Of a stretch of 64,000 nucleotides of DNA, positions 10,497 to 20,946 are shown piece by piece (position 1 is the first letter of the stretch; each line of letters starts with the position of its first letter). The notes under the pieces were generated by a model. The model saw only the letters and a program-made list of their open reading frames with translations. It was not told the DNA's origin and searched no databases. The DNA is from Vicinamibacteria bacterium (GTDB lineage: Bacteria > Acidobacteriota > Vicinamibacteria > Marinacidobacterales > Marinacidobacteraceae): NCBI GenBank assembly GCA_963555995.3, contig OY821641.1:3488001-3552000 (forward strand), read 5' to 3'. The translations under genes were made by a program, and so were the position numbers.

Positions 10497-10560
10497 GGCG
10501 GTGTCCGTTGATCTCGTGACCCGCGAAATGACCGGGCGGACCCCGCCGCAGGCGGGAAAC

Positions 10561-11298
10561 ATGGGTACCCGAGATCAGCATCGCTTCCTGCTGCTGCAGG
10601 TGCGCGAGCCCGGCGACCCCATGGCGGCGAACGAGGCGTTCGCCTTCCGGCGCGCGCTGGGACTGGAACCGGATCAGCTTGAGGTGTTCGATCTGCTCGC
10701 GGCGGCGCCGGGGCTGTCTTGCCTCCGGTCCGCGGATGCGGTCCTCATCGGAGGCAGCGGCGACCACTCGGTGGTTCGGGGAGGGCCCTGGCTTGCCGGC
10801 GCGCTCAAGGCAATGGAACTCCTCCACGAACACTCCATCCCCACCTTCGCCTCCTGCTGGGGCTTCCAGGGCCTCGCGAAGGCGCTCGGCGGCCGGGTGG
10901 TCACCGACCACGCCCGCGCCGAGGTGGGGGTGCTCCCGCTGGACCTCACCGAAGCCGGGAAACACGACCCCGTCTTCGGTCCCATCGGGTCCGGCTTTCC
11001 CGTGGTCATCGGCCACGAGGACATCGTGGACGAACTGCCGCAAGACGCCGTGAGCCTCGCGTCGAGCGCCACCATCGAGAACGAGGCCCTCAAGTTCGTG
11101 GATAAGCCCATCTACGCGACCCAGTTCCACCCGGAACTGGTCAAGGAGGACCTCATCGCCCGGATCGCCGCCTACCCCCCCTACCTCCCGCTCACCGGCG
11201 CCCACTCGCTCGACGAACTCCGCGCCAACACCCCCGAGACCCCCGGCGCCGCCGGCCTCCTCCGGCGGTTCGTGGCGGAGGTGGTGGAAACCCGGTAG
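10561..11298 (+). CDS. Type 1 glutamine amidotransferase (GMP-synthase-like GATase)
   Basis: IGGSG, SCWGFQ nucleophile, QFHPE catalytic His-Glu. Confidence 0.9.
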   Translation: MGTRDQHRFLLLQVREPGDPMAANEAFAFRRALGLEPDQLEVFDLLAAAPGLSCLRSADAVLIGGSGDHSVVRGGPWLAGALKAMELLHEHSIPTFASCWGFQGLAKALGGRVVTDHARAEVGVLPLDLTEAGKHDPVFGPIGSGFPVVIGHEDIVDELPQDAVSLASSATIENEALKFVDKPIYATQFHPELVKEDLIARIAAYPPYLPLTGAHSLDELRANTPETPGAAGLLRRFVAEVVETR

Positions 11299-11424
11299 CT
11301 GGCGCTTTCCGAACGGCGCCGAGGATTACCGCCCGAGTCCCACCGGCCGTCGAGCCCGGCGCATTTGACTTACCGGGGTAATGAGAACGAGAATGGCCTG
11401 GAGGGCAAACTCCCAGGTCGGCAC

Positions 11425-11685
11425 ATGGACAGCATTCAGTCTCGGATCACTTCCCAAGGCCAGGTGTCCGTCCCGGCGCGGATCCGGCACAAGCTGGGCC
11501 TGACGCCGGGTTCGACGGTCGAGTGGTGCGAGCGGGGACCCGAAGTGCTCGTCCGGCGGGCGACAAAGTACACGTCGCTGGAAATTCACCACGCCGTTTT
11601 CCCGTCGGCGCCCGAGCGGAAGAGCGTTGAGGAGATGGACGCGGGAATCGGGATCCATTTGCGAGCCCGGCATGCGCGCTCTTGA
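11425..11685 (+). CDS. AbrB/MazE/SpoVT-family antitoxin
   Basis: SRITSQGQVSVPARIRHKLGLTPG; overlaps the PIN gene. Confidence 0.88.
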   Translation: MDSIQSRITSQGQVSVPARIRHKLGLTPGSTVEWCERGPEVLVRRATKYTSLEIHHAVFPSAPERKSVEEMDAGIGIHLRARHARS

Positions 11686-12052
11686 CACGAACGTTCTGGT
11701 CCGGCTGATCGTTCGGGACGACCCGGATCAGGTGGCGCGCGCTGAGGCGTTCGTCGAATCGGGAGCTTGGGTGTCCCTGCTGGTGCTGGCGGAGACCGTA
11801 TGGGTGCTGGAGTCCGTGTACGGGCTGGACCAACGGCGCGTCGCGACCGTGGTCGAAATGCTTCTGGACCACGACCGCCTCACGCTTCAGGATGAAGACG
11901 TGGTCCGCCGGGCGCACGCGACTTTCCGCGGCGAACGCACTGCCGGGTTCTCCGACTGCCTCATCGTCGAGACCGCGCGCAAGGCGGGGCATCGTCCGGT
12001 CGGGACGTTCGACCGGCGGTTGTCACGGGTGGACGGGACCGAGCGGCTGTAA
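11672..12052 (+). CDS. PIN-domain (VapC-family) toxin
   Basis: ALDTNVLVR, LAETVWVL, GFSDCLI, TFDRRL acidic PIN residues. Confidence 0.9.
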   Translation: MRALDTNVLVRLIVRDDPDQVARAEAFVESGAWVSLLVLAETVWVLESVYGLDQRRVATVVEMLLDHDRLTLQDEDVVRRAHATFRGERTAGFSDCLIVETARKAGHRPVGTFDRRLSRVDGTERL

Positions 12053-12118
12053 TCCGCCACTGGCCGGAGTGGCTCCTTTGTCGGGGAGCTCGCGATGGGG
12101 ACCATGGCGCGTAGGTTT

Positions 12119-12272
12119 GGAGCGCCGGCTTCAGCCGGCACAGCCCGCCGCAGGCGGGCGGCGAGACGGACCTCATTCGCCGGGATGGCTCGGCTGCGCG
12201 CCAACGCACCCGGGATAGCGACGAACCGCCAGCGGCCCTGCGGGCCGCGGTGCCGGCTGAAGCCGGCGCTCC
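12119..12272. repeat. Inverted REP pair, type B (GGAGCGCCGGCTTCAGCCGGCA), spacer class Y
   Basis: Closely similar to 29980-30136 and 43757-43913; lies between convergent genes. Confidence 0.88.
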
Positions 12273-12287
12273 AAGCCGTTGCGCCCC

Positions 12288-13046
12288 CTACCCGTCCAGA
12301 CGCACCAGCTCCGGCAGCACGGTGCCGATCTCGCCGCGGACCACCGCGTCGGCGATCCGGTCGAGCGGGGTCGGGTCGCGGTTGACGATGACCAGGCGCG
12401 CCCCCGCGAACCGGGCCACCCGCGGGATGGACGCCGCCGGCTCGACCACCAGCGACGACCCGACCGCGAGCATCAGGTCGCACGCCTCGGCCGCCGCCAC
12501 CGATTGCTCCAGGACGTCGTGCGGCATCGCCTGACCGAAGGAGATCGTCGCCGGCTTGAGGAACCCGCCGCACTCGCGGCAGCGCGGCGCCTTCTCGCCG
12601 GCCTCGATCCGCCGGCAAGCCTCGTCCGAGGTGATGCGGTCGCCGCAGGTCAGGCAGGCCGCCTCGGTCGTGGTGCCGTGCAGTTCGAAGACCTTCTCGG
12701 CGGGCACCCCCGACCGCTGGTGTAGCCGTTCGATGTTCTGGGTGATCAGCGCGTCGAGCCGGCCCTGGCGGTGCAGTTCGACGAACGCGTGGTGTCCGGC
12801 ATTCGGCTGCGCCTCGCGCATGGCGGGCCAGCCGAGCGCCTTCTGCCGCCAGTATTCGATGCGTCCGGCTTCGCTCGACACGAACTCCCGGAAGTCCACG
12901 ATCCGGTTCTCGGCCCACACCCCGCCGGGGCTGCGGAAGTCCGGGACCCCCGATTCGGTCGAGATGCCGGCGCCGGTGAACCCCACGATGCGCGACGCGC
13001 CGGCGACCAGTGTGCGAGCAGCCGTGACCGCGGTGTCAGCGGACAT
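12288..13046 (-). CDS. cobB: Sir2-family NAD-dependent protein deacylase
   Basis: TGAGISTESGVPDFRS, TQNI, ELHG, CxxC..CxxC, GSSL, NRDPT. Confidence 0.92.
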   Translation of the reverse strand: MSADTAVTAARTLVAGASRIVGFTGAGISTESGVPDFRSPGGVWAENRIVDFREFVSSEAGRIEYWRQKALGWPAMREAQPNAGHHAFVELHRQGRLDALITQNIERLHQRSGVPAEKVFELHGTTTEAACLTCGDRITSDEACRRIEAGEKAPRCRECGGFLKPATISFGQAMPHDVLEQSVAAAEACDLMLAVGSSLVVEPAASIPRVARFAGARLVIVNRDPTPLDRIADAVVRGEIGTVLPELVRLDG

Positions 13047-13115
13047 CCTGCGCCTCGTGTGAGTTCGACGGACCCGGAGCCGCGCTGGTCCCACCCGCCA
13101 GTCTGGCTCGGACGA

Positions 13116-13319
13116 TTACCGGCTTGCGTCTCGGAATAGCAGCGTGATGATGATGAACAGCATGAGCGCCGTGTTCAGCCCGAACACCCCCCAGGCCAGG
13201 CGGCACTGCGCCTTCAAGCTCTTCTTGAGGGCGGCTGTCTTGGCATCGAGGGCCTCGGTCCGGGCGCTGACCATCCGCGCCCCGATCTGGGCGGCGGCGT
13301 TCTCTCCCGGCGCGGACAT
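13116..13319 (-). CDS. Small hypothetical protein with C-terminal TM helix
   Basis: Helical N-part then hydrophobic WGVFGLNTALMLFIIITLLF; sits in an otherwise empty gap. Confidence 0.45.
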   Translation of the reverse strand: MSAPGENAAAQIGARMVSARTEALDAKTAALKKSLKAQCRLAWGVFGLNTALMLFIIITLLFRDASR

Positions 13320-13440
13320 GACATCTTCGGAAGAGTATAGGCCTGCTCCGGATCCTTCACGATCGGTCGGACCGCCGAGCGCTCCGGGGGCGCCGGCCAC
13401 CTTTCCGACCCGTGGTCGCGGGTATCATCGCGCGCTCCCT

Positions 13441-15399
13441 ATGGTCCGTTCCGCCGCCCGTCTCCGGTTGCCGGATTCCCCCACCGTGACGGCCTTTCTG
13501 CTGGCGCTGACCTTGGTCGCGCCTCAGGCGGCGGCCGAGGTTCCGCCTGCGGATCCGCGTGAAGGGGAGATTGCGGCGGACACCCAGCAGGCCGACGAGG
13601 AGCAGCCGGAGCGGCCCACCCACACGGAAACCGTCGTCGTCACCGCGAGCCGTGGCGAGGAGTCCATCGTGGACTCGGTGGCGCTCGTGACCGCGCTCGA
13701 CGGCGAGGACCTCGCGGACTCCCCCGGCGCGCTGGTGGACGAGGCGCTGAGCCGCGTCCCCGGCTTCGGGCTCTTCCGGCGCAACACCAGCTTCATCTCC
13801 CACCCCACCACCACCGGCGTCTCGCTGCGCGGTATCGGCCCGAGCGGCGCCAGCCGGACGCTGGTCCTCTGGGACGGGGTTCCGCTCAACGACCCCTTCG
13901 GCAACTGGGTGTACTGGAACCGCCTGCCGACCCTCTTCCTCGACCGCGTGGAGGTGGCGCGCGGCGCCGCCAGCCCCCTCTACGGCAGTTCCGCCCTCGG
14001 CGGGACCGTCCAGCTCCTGTCCCGCCGCGCCGAGCCGGGGCAACTGAGACTCCGGGGCCGCCTCGGGAACTTCGGGATCCAGAACGGCGAGGTCTTCGCC
14101 GCCGACGAGGTGGGCGGCGTCTCGGTGGTCGGGGCGGCGCGGATGCTGAACAGCGAGGGCTACCACCGCATCCGCGAGGCCGAGCGCGGCGCGGTGGACC
14201 AGCCCGCCGGGGTGGACTTCCGCTCCATGGTCGGCCGCGCCACGTCCGGGCCGGTCCATTTCTCGATCAACTACTACGCCGAGGACCGCCGGAACGGCAC
14301 GCCCCTCCAGGTCAACAACTCACGGCTGGTCATGCTGGAGGGCGGCGTCACCCAGGAGAACTGGGACCTGCGGCTGTTTGGACAGGACTCCCGGCTGAAC
14401 AGCGACTTCTCCCGCATCTTCCCCGGCCGCAACGAGGAACGGCGGACCGCACGCCAGATGTTCGAGTACTCGGGGGTCGGCGGCATCTTCACCACCCGGA
14501 TCCGCGAAGGAACCCAGGCGGGCGCCGACTGGGTGCGGACCTCGTGGGGCGACCACTCCCAGAACCGGGTCGGCGGCTTCGTCCAGCAGCGGCTGGAGCT
14601 CACCCCCGCACTGGAACTCCTGGCCGACGGCCGGCTCGACCTCTGGCAGAACACCGGCACCAAGGCCAGCGTCAACCCCCGCCTCGGACTCAACTACCGG
14701 GTGGCGGACAGCGCGACCCTGCGCGCTTCCGGCTACCGCGGCTTCCGGGCCCCGTCGCTCAACGAGCTCTACCGTCCCTTCCGCGTCGGCAACGTCCGGG
14801 TGGCGGCCAACGACGCGCTCGGCGAGGAGACCCTCTACGGCGCCGAGGCCGGCGTGGACCTCTACCCGTCCGACGCGCTGTTGCTCCGGGCGAACGCCTA
14901 CTGGAACGCGCTCCGCGACACGGTGGGCAACATCACCCTCGAGGTGAACGACGAGGGCGTCTTCCGCCAGCGCCAGAACATCGGCCGCTCCACTGCGCGG
15001 GGTTTCGAGGCGGAGGCCTACGCCTTCGCCAGCGACGGGCTCGAGGTCTTCGCGGCGTACCTCTACTCGGACACCTCGGTCGAGGAGACCGGGCTGCGGA
15101 TTCCCCAGGTCCCGCTCCACCAGGGCGTCGTCGGCGCCACCTGGCGCGGCCCGGCGGTGGTGAAGGCCGACCTCCGTTTCATGAGCGACCAGTTCGAGGA
15201 CGACCGCAACGAGCTGCCGATGGCCGGGTTCGCCTCCCTCGGCGTCCGGGTCGGTTACCCGGCGAACGACAGGTTCACCGTCTTCCTCGCGGGCGAGAAC
15301 CTGCTCGACGCGGAGATCATCTCGGCCCGCACCCCCATCGAGACCCTAGGCACCCCCCGCGCCCTCCACATCGGCGTGGACGTGGACCTGTCCCGCTGA
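13441..15399 (+). CDS. TonB-dependent receptor
   Basis: TonB box ETVVVTASR, plug motifs LRGIG..RTLVLWDGVP and RVEVARG..YGSSALGG, GFRAPSLNELY, ENLLD. Confidence 0.93.
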   Translation: MVRSAARLRLPDSPTVTAFLLALTLVAPQAAAEVPPADPREGEIAADTQQADEEQPERPTHTETVVVTASRGEESIVDSVALVTALDGEDLADSPGALVDEALSRVPGFGLFRRNTSFISHPTTTGVSLRGIGPSGASRTLVLWDGVPLNDPFGNWVYWNRLPTLFLDRVEVARGAASPLYGSSALGGTVQLLSRRAEPGQLRLRGRLGNFGIQNGEVFAADEVGGVSVVGAARMLNSEGYHRIREAERGAVDQPAGVDFRSMVGRATSGPVHFSINYYAEDRRNGTPLQVNNSRLVMLEGGVTQENWDLRLFGQDSRLNSDFSRIFPGRNEERRTARQMFEYSGVGGIFTTRIREGTQAGADWVRTSWGDHSQNRVGGFVQQRLELTPALELLADGRLDLWQNTGTKASVNPRLGLNYRVADSATLRASGYRGFRAPSLNELYRPFRVGNVRVAANDALGEETLYGAEAGVDLYPSDALLLRANAYWNALRDTVGNITLEVNDEGVFRQRQNIGRSTARGFEAEAYAFASDGLEVFAAYLYSDTSVEETGLRIPQVPLHQGVVGATWRGPAVVKADLRFMSDQFEDDRNELPMAGFASLGVRVGYPANDRFTVFLAGENLLDAEIISARTPIETLGTPRALHIGVDVDLSR

Positions 15400-15421
15400 C
15401 CGTTCTTCGGGGAGGTACCCC

Positions 15422-17596
15422 GTGATGTCAAGAACCTCCGCGGCATTGCTGACCGCCCTTCTCCTTGTCCGTTGCGGCTCCGCGCCGCCACCGGCCGCGG
15501 AATCCCCCTACGAGGACCGCTCCGACTGGCCGGTCCGCGAGCAGCGGGACGAGCCCTTCGACGTGCTCCACTACCGGGTCGCCCTCGACCTCGACGAGAC
15601 CACGAAGAGCATGGACGGGACGGTGGACATCCACCTCCAGGCGGAAGAGGACATCTCGGAGGTCGCGCTGGACGCCGAGACCTACGAGGTTCGCGGGGTG
15701 CGCGCCGGCGGCGACGAACTCGACTTCACCCACGCGGACGGAACGCTCACCATCGCGCTCGCCGAGCCGCTCGCGGCAGGCCAGACGCTCGTTCTGGAGA
15801 TCGCCTACGGCGGGTCCGGAATCGACGTGGACGCGACCCAGTACGGGATGCCCGCCAGCTACGACCTCGGGCTCGACTTCAAGGACGAGACGGACGCCAA
15901 TCCCCAGCTCATCAACACCCTCTCGTTCCCCGAGGGCGCCCGCCATTGGTATCCCTCCGTGGACCACCCGGCGGACCGCGCCAGCTTCGAACTGCTCGCC
16001 ACCGTCCGCGAGGACTGGAAGGTGCTCTCGAACGGCCGGCTGTTGGGCATCACCGAGGGACCCCGCCCCGGCACCCGCACCCACCACTGGAAGCTCGACG
16101 AACCCCACCCGACCTACCTCTCGGTGCTGGTCGCCGGCCCTTACGAGGTCATCGAGGACTTCCACGGGGACATCCCGGTGAACTACTGGGTGTATCCGAA
16201 GGACGTCGAGGACGCTCACCGCAGCTTCCACAAGACGACGGCGATGATGGCCTTTTTCGACGAGGAGTTCGGCGTCCCCTACCCCTGGAACAAGTACGAC
16301 CAGATCACCATCCCCGGCATCGGCGGCGGCGCGGAGAGCACCACCGCCACCGTGCTCGGCCAGAGCACCATCCATGACGAGCGCGCCGAACAGGACTTCC
16401 CGAGCCACGGCCTCGTCGCGCACGAGGTGGCCCACCACTGGTGGGGCGACCTGACCACCTACCGCGACTGGGGCGAGACCTGGCTGACCGAGAGCTTCGG
16501 CACCTACTCGGAATACCTCTGGCACGCCCACGAACTCGGCCCCGACGAGGCCGGCGAGAACATGCGCCGGAAGCGCGAGTCCTACCTGCGCCAGGCGCAG
16601 ACGGTCCTCCGGCCGGTGGTCACGAACCAGTGGCGCCGCCCGAACGACAACTTCGACGCCCACACCTATCCGAAGGGCGCGGCGCTGATCCGGCTGCTGC
16701 GACACATCACCGGGGACGCCGAGTTCCGCGCGGGGATCCAGCACTTCCTGGAGAAGCACTCCTTCCAGCCGGTGGACACCGAGGACTTCATCACCGCCTT
16801 CGCCGAGGCCGCGGATCAGGACATCCGCTGGTTCATCGACATGTGGTTGAGGCGCCCGGGCCACCCGGTGCTTGAGATCGAGTCCGCGTGGGACGGGGAT
16901 TCCGTCGAGATGCACATCCGCCAGGTCCAGGGACCCGAGGCCAGCATGGGCACAGTCCCGGACGCGTACCGCGCTCCGCTCTCGGTGCGGGTGGTCACCG
17001 AGTCGGGTGCCGAGGTCCATCCCTTCACCCTGGAGGGCCGCGAGCAGCACCTCAGCTTCCCGGCTACGGAAGAGCCCCGCTACGTCCGGTTCGACGCGGA
17101 CGATGTGCTGCTCGCGGAGCTGGACATCACGAAGCCCGCCGCCGAGTGGATGGCCCAGCTCACCGATGACGACGCCGCCGGGCGGCGCCGGGCGGCGGTG
17201 GCGCTCGGGGAGATGGGCGGTGACGAAGCCCGGGCCGCTCTGCGTAACGCCCTCGCGGGCGATCCGTTCTGGGCGGTCCGCCAGGCGGCGGTCGGGGGGC
17301 TGGATCCTGAGGATGCGGACGACGCCCAAGCGATGCGAACGGCGGCGACCGAGGACGCGAAGTCCGACGTGCGCACCGCAGCGATCGCCCGGCTTGGCAC
17401 CTCGGTAGGAGCGGAGTTCCTGATCGAGCGCTTCCGCAACGACTCCAGCTACCGCGCCCAGGCCGCCGCGGTCACCGCCCTCGGCAAGATCGGCGGAGAC
17501 GCGGCCGCGGCGGTCCTCGAAGAAGCCGCCGCCATGGCCTCCCCCCGGGACATCGTCGCCCGCGCCGCGCGGGAGGCGCGGGGGATAGGTCAGTAG
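15422..17596 (+). CDS. M1-family aminopeptidase with C-terminal HEAT repeats (probable lipoprotein)
   Basis: GGAES exopeptidase motif, HEVAH-x18-E, YPKGA, HEAT-like repeats. Confidence 0.92.
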   Translation: MMSRTSAALLTALLLVRCGSAPPPAAESPYEDRSDWPVREQRDEPFDVLHYRVALDLDETTKSMDGTVDIHLQAEEDISEVALDAETYEVRGVRAGGDELDFTHADGTLTIALAEPLAAGQTLVLEIAYGGSGIDVDATQYGMPASYDLGLDFKDETDANPQLINTLSFPEGARHWYPSVDHPADRASFELLATVREDWKVLSNGRLLGITEGPRPGTRTHHWKLDEPHPTYLSVLVAGPYEVIEDFHGDIPVNYWVYPKDVEDAHRSFHKTTAMMAFFDEEFGVPYPWNKYDQITIPGIGGGAESTTATVLGQSTIHDERAEQDFPSHGLVAHEVAHHWWGDLTTYRDWGETWLTESFGTYSEYLWHAHELGPDEAGENMRRKRESYLRQAQTVLRPVVTNQWRRPNDNFDAHTYPKGAALIRLLRHITGDAEFRAGIQHFLEKHSFQPVDTEDFITAFAEAADQDIRWFIDMWLRRPGHPVLEIESAWDGDSVEMHIRQVQGPEASMGTVPDAYRAPLSVRVVTESGAEVHPFTLEGREQHLSFPATEEPRYVRFDADDVLLAELDITKPAAEWMAQLTDDDAAGRRRAAVALGEMGGDEARAALRNALAGDPFWAVRQAAVGGLDPEDADDAQAMRTAATEDAKSDVRTAAIARLGTSVGAEFLIERFRNDSSYRAQAAAVTALGKIGGDAAAAVLEEAAAMASPRDIVARAAREARGIGQ

Positions 17597-17775
17597 ACAT
17601 CGTCGCTTTTCCGCCCGGACTGATTTGGAGGAGCGTGGTGGCGCGGCGTTCCTGGTCGCGGCGGAACCAAGTTGAATCGGCGGTTGAGTTCCGTCCGCAT
17701 GACTGGCTCCCGCCCCGTCTCCACGATGGCATCTTGGTCAATATCCGCCGCCTGACTTCCACGTCCCCTTGTGCG

Positions 17776-18507
17776 TCATGGCCCCCTCGCGGCGCGAAAC
17801 TCGTGGATGTTGGAGTAGGCGGACTGGCGCTCCAGGCTCGTTCGCTTGTAGCCGCGCCAGTATTCGAGGAATTCTGCCTCGGAGGCGAACACGCCGTTCC
17901 CTGCGCTGAAATCCTCCATAGTCCCGTAGATGCTTCCGATGTTGGCCGTGTTGCCGCTTCCGGCCCTGTCGCCCGCGATTCGCCACTTTTCCTGCATGAA
18001 GACTTCAACGTCATCGAATGGGACGGGGATTTGCCGCAATGTATCGAAGGAATAGATGCGGTCGCTTGTGCCCCGCTTCCCTTCGGCTCTGCTGTAGACG
18101 AAGCCAATAATCCAGTGTTGGCTGTACTGGCTATAGGGAAAGACGATGTTCTTCCCCTCGGTCTCGGGCCGGATATAGCTGGTATAACTGCCCAAGGTAT
18201 AGCGGAATCGGGATTGCCCGTTCCTGCGGTATGTCGTCTTTACATCGAGGGCTATCTTCTCCCGGTCGTCTTCGCCGCGCATCAAGCTGAAGTCCGGGTA
18301 GTGGTTCTGCTTCGTCGGCTCGACCAATTGCAGCCGGGCGCGCTCGGCATAGGATGCGACCGCTTGCCGCGCGACAATCTCGAATAGCGCGCTGATAGCC
18401 TTCGTATCGGAACCCAGCGGATAAACGCGCGCCCTGCGGTCGACAACCCCGCACAGGGAATAGCCGTTCTGGACTTCCGCAAGAGCCTTCAGGACGGAGT
18501 CCTTCAT
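17776..18507 (-). CDS. EcoRV-like type II restriction endonuclease
   Basis: Recognisable EcoRV segments YPLGSDTK, QNHYPDF, KIALDVKTTY, TLGSYTSYIR, HWIIGFVY, AGSGNTANIGSI, EFLEYWR. Confidence 0.92.
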   Translation of the reverse strand: MKDSVLKALAEVQNGYSLCGVVDRRARVYPLGSDTKAISALFEIVARQAVASYAERARLQLVEPTKQNHYPDFSLMRGEDDREKIALDVKTTYRRNGQSRFRYTLGSYTSYIRPETEGKNIVFPYSQYSQHWIIGFVYSRAEGKRGTSDRIYSFDTLRQIPVPFDDVEVFMQEKWRIAGDRAGSGNTANIGSIYGTMEDFSAGNGVFASEAEFLEYWRGYKRTSLERQSAYSNIHEFRAARGP

Positions 18508-19439
18508 CCGACGACCAATGCTTCCGTCATGCCGTTCCGCAAATCTTCGGTCGCCCCGAGATGGTAGAAGTGGGAGAACGTCCGAATCTCATAGCCGGAG
18601 AATGCATCATGCAAACGATCATTCTTCCGATACCTGTTCTCAGACCACATTGAGTAAAGGAACGGGCACGGCAGCGCCTTCAAGTTCTCTTCCAACTGCG
18701 TCGCGTCGTCGTCCGTCCACGAATTGAAGTAGTCGGTGAAGCGGCCGGCATAAGGCGGGTCGCAATAGACAAAATCTCCTTCACGCGCTTCGCTCAGCAC
18801 GTCGTCCCAGTCGCCGCATACGAACTCCCATGCCTTGCCCGCCATGCTATCGGCCGCCCGCTGAACCTGATTGCAAATCTTCGTGATGTAGGCGGGGCGA
18901 AAGCGTTCCGGCTTCCGGCAGAACGGGGTATTGAAGCGCCCCTTCTTGTTGAAGCGCACCAAGCCGTTGAAACACGCACGATTCACGAAGAGGAAATCGT
19001 GAGGATCTCCAGTCTCGTTGAAGCGCTCCCGCACTCGATAGTAGTGCTCCTGCCCGTCATGAAGCAGGCGCGCACCTTCCTGCTCCAGGAACACCCGAAC
19101 CGAGGCGCTTGTGACGGTCCCTGCCTGTATAGCCGTATAGAAACGGATCAGGTGTGGGTTTGCGTCGCCCAGCAAGGCGCTTTGGGGCCTGATGTTGAAG
19201 GGGACGACAGCGGAACCGACGAAGGGCTCTATCCAGCGCCCGACACCGCTCCAATCGACGCTATCCCGAATGAACGGGATCGCCTTCGTCTTGATGCCCT
19301 GAATCTTGAGCGGCGGCACTTGGACGGCGCTCACGTCGCGCGTAACCCGAACCCCAGATCGCCGATAGCCTTCCGGCTGATCTGCCAGATCGAATAACAG
19401 TTGCCGTCGATTTCCAGGCGGCGCCTTGGTCGCGTGCAT
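18504..19439 (-). CDS. Dam-family (M.EcoRV-like) N6-adenine DNA methyltransferase
   Basis: PPLKIQGIKTK, EPFVGS motif I, NRACFNGLVRFN, DPPY motif IV; 4-bp overlap with the REase gene. Confidence 0.93.
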   Translation of the reverse strand: MHATKAPPGNRRQLLFDLADQPEGYRRSGVRVTRDVSAVQVPPLKIQGIKTKAIPFIRDSVDWSGVGRWIEPFVGSAVVPFNIRPQSALLGDANPHLIRFYTAIQAGTVTSASVRVFLEQEGARLLHDGQEHYYRVRERFNETGDPHDFLFVNRACFNGLVRFNKKGRFNTPFCRKPERFRPAYITKICNQVQRAADSMAGKAWEFVCGDWDDVLSEAREGDFVYCDPPYAGRFTDYFNSWTDDDATQLEENLKALPCPFLYSMWSENRYRKNDRLHDAFSGYEIRTFSHFYHLGATEDLRNGMTEALVVG

Positions 19440-19468
19440 GATCGTTTCAGCCGTTTCTCCTGTTTATT

Positions 19469-20914
19469 CTAACCGGGGATCCGACAAATTGTGTCATTCA
19501 GGCAATTGTCGCTGCCGCCCTTTCCGCGGCCGTGGCAGTAGAGGCTGGCCGGAAGGACGCGCAGCGTCCCCGGGCCGGGCCAATCCACCGTCGCCGGGCC
19601 GAAAGTCGGCGTCGTGAGGGTGACGGACGCCTTCGGATGGCGTCGTGCGAATTCCGCCAGCCCGGCAAGTTCCTGCGGCCGGCGTGCGAATCGATCCGAC
19701 CACTTGACCTCGACGGCGCGGTCGGGCTTCCAGCCCGGGCCAAGCTGGACGAAATCCACTTCGCCCTCGCTGCCGCGTTCCCGCCAGCGGGCGTAGTGGA
19801 GTTCGGTGCCGGCGGCGAAGTGCTGTGCGAAGACCGCCGTCTCGACCAGGCGTCCCATCGCTTCGTCGTCCGGCCCCACGGGGCCGAAGAGCGCGCTTCG
19901 CAGCGACGGCGTCGCGAGGTACGCCTTGAAGTGGTTCGCCCGCTGGAAGCGCCGGCCGGACGCGTCAATCCGGCGCAGCCTCCGGATCAGGAAGGTCGCT
20001 TCCAGGTACTGGAGATACCGGCTGAGCGTCGGTTTGCTGACGCCGGACTGTTTCGACAGGGCGTCCATTGAGACCTCGCGCCCGGTGCTCTCGGCCAGCA
20101 TCGTGAACAGCGCGGCGAGCTCGGACACGTCCTGGACGCCGTAGAGCTGGGCGAGATCGCGCGTCAGCACCTTCCGCACGACGTCGAGCCCGATGGTGCG
20201 GTGCGGATCAGCGCGCGCGGCGGGCGCGAGAAACGCTTCGGGGAATCCCCCGAAGTTGAGGTAGTCGAGGAAATGGCGGTTCCACGCGGCGATCTCGGCG
20301 GCGGGCAGCGGGGAGTCCCCCGGCTCCGCCGGGAGCGCCGCACCCTGTAGATCCAGGAATTCGCGGAAGCTGAGCGGCGGCAGCAGGAAATCGGTGAAGC
20401 GTCCGGCCCCGGACTCGGCGCTCCGGAGCCGTAGCGCCGCCGCCGCCGAACCGGACGCCACGCAGCGAACGCCGGGATGGGTGTCCACGAACGCCTTCAG
20501 GTGGCGTTCCCAGCCAGCGAGGTACGGGACCTCGTCGAGGGCGAGCACGCGAAGCTCGCCGCGCCCGCCCGCCGCTTCGCGGGCTTCCTCGACGAGTTCC
20601 TCCAGCGACAGCCGGGTGTAGAGCGGCTGATCCAGCGAGAGGTAGCAGATCTCCCGCGGCCGATAGAGGTCCCGCTCCAGCAGGCTGGCGATCCACTGGT
20701 GGAGCAGCACGGTCTTGCCGACCCGCCGCGGTCCCATCAGGAGCACCGCCCGCCGGATCCCGGTTTCCTCGGCGAGCCGGGCGAAGTGCGCGAACCGGCC
20801 CCGCCGCTTCATGGCGGCGTAGTCGGGGCGGATGGCGCCGGTCTCCCACCAGGGGTTCTCGCGGCGCATCAGGCGGTGGACCGGCGAGATTGGCTGCGGG
20901 GTCATGGTCCGCAA
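19469..20914 (-). CDS. AAA-family ATPase with DUF4143 C-terminal domain
   Basis: GPRRVGKT Walker A, LDEV Walker B, SGS, ESGAGR, GGFPE, EVDFV..EVKWS. Confidence 0.88.
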   Translation of the reverse strand: MRTMTPQPISPVHRLMRRENPWWETGAIRPDYAAMKRRGRFAHFARLAEETGIRRAVLLMGPRRVGKTVLLHQWIASLLERDLYRPREICYLSLDQPLYTRLSLEELVEEAREAAGGRGELRVLALDEVPYLAGWERHLKAFVDTHPGVRCVASGSAAAALRLRSAESGAGRFTDFLLPPLSFREFLDLQGAALPAEPGDSPLPAAEIAAWNRHFLDYLNFGGFPEAFLAPAARADPHRTIGLDVVRKVLTRDLAQLYGVQDVSELAALFTMLAESTGREVSMDALSKQSGVSKPTLSRYLQYLEATFLIRRLRRIDASGRRFQRANHFKAYLATPSLRSALFGPVGPDDEAMGRLVETAVFAQHFAAGTELHYARWRERGSEGEVDFVQLGPGWKPDRAVEVKWSDRFARRPQELAGLAEFARRHPKASVTLTTPTFGPATVDWPGPGTLRVLPASLYCHGRGKGGSDNCLNDTICRIPG

Positions 20915-20946
20915 CCTACTTGGCGTCGGTGGCTGGTGTCAAGTAA

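Noticed and set aside
11425-12052. VapBC (and DinJ-YafQ at 58430-59015) as novel systems
   Set aside because: Both are ordinary, well-known type II TA architectures.
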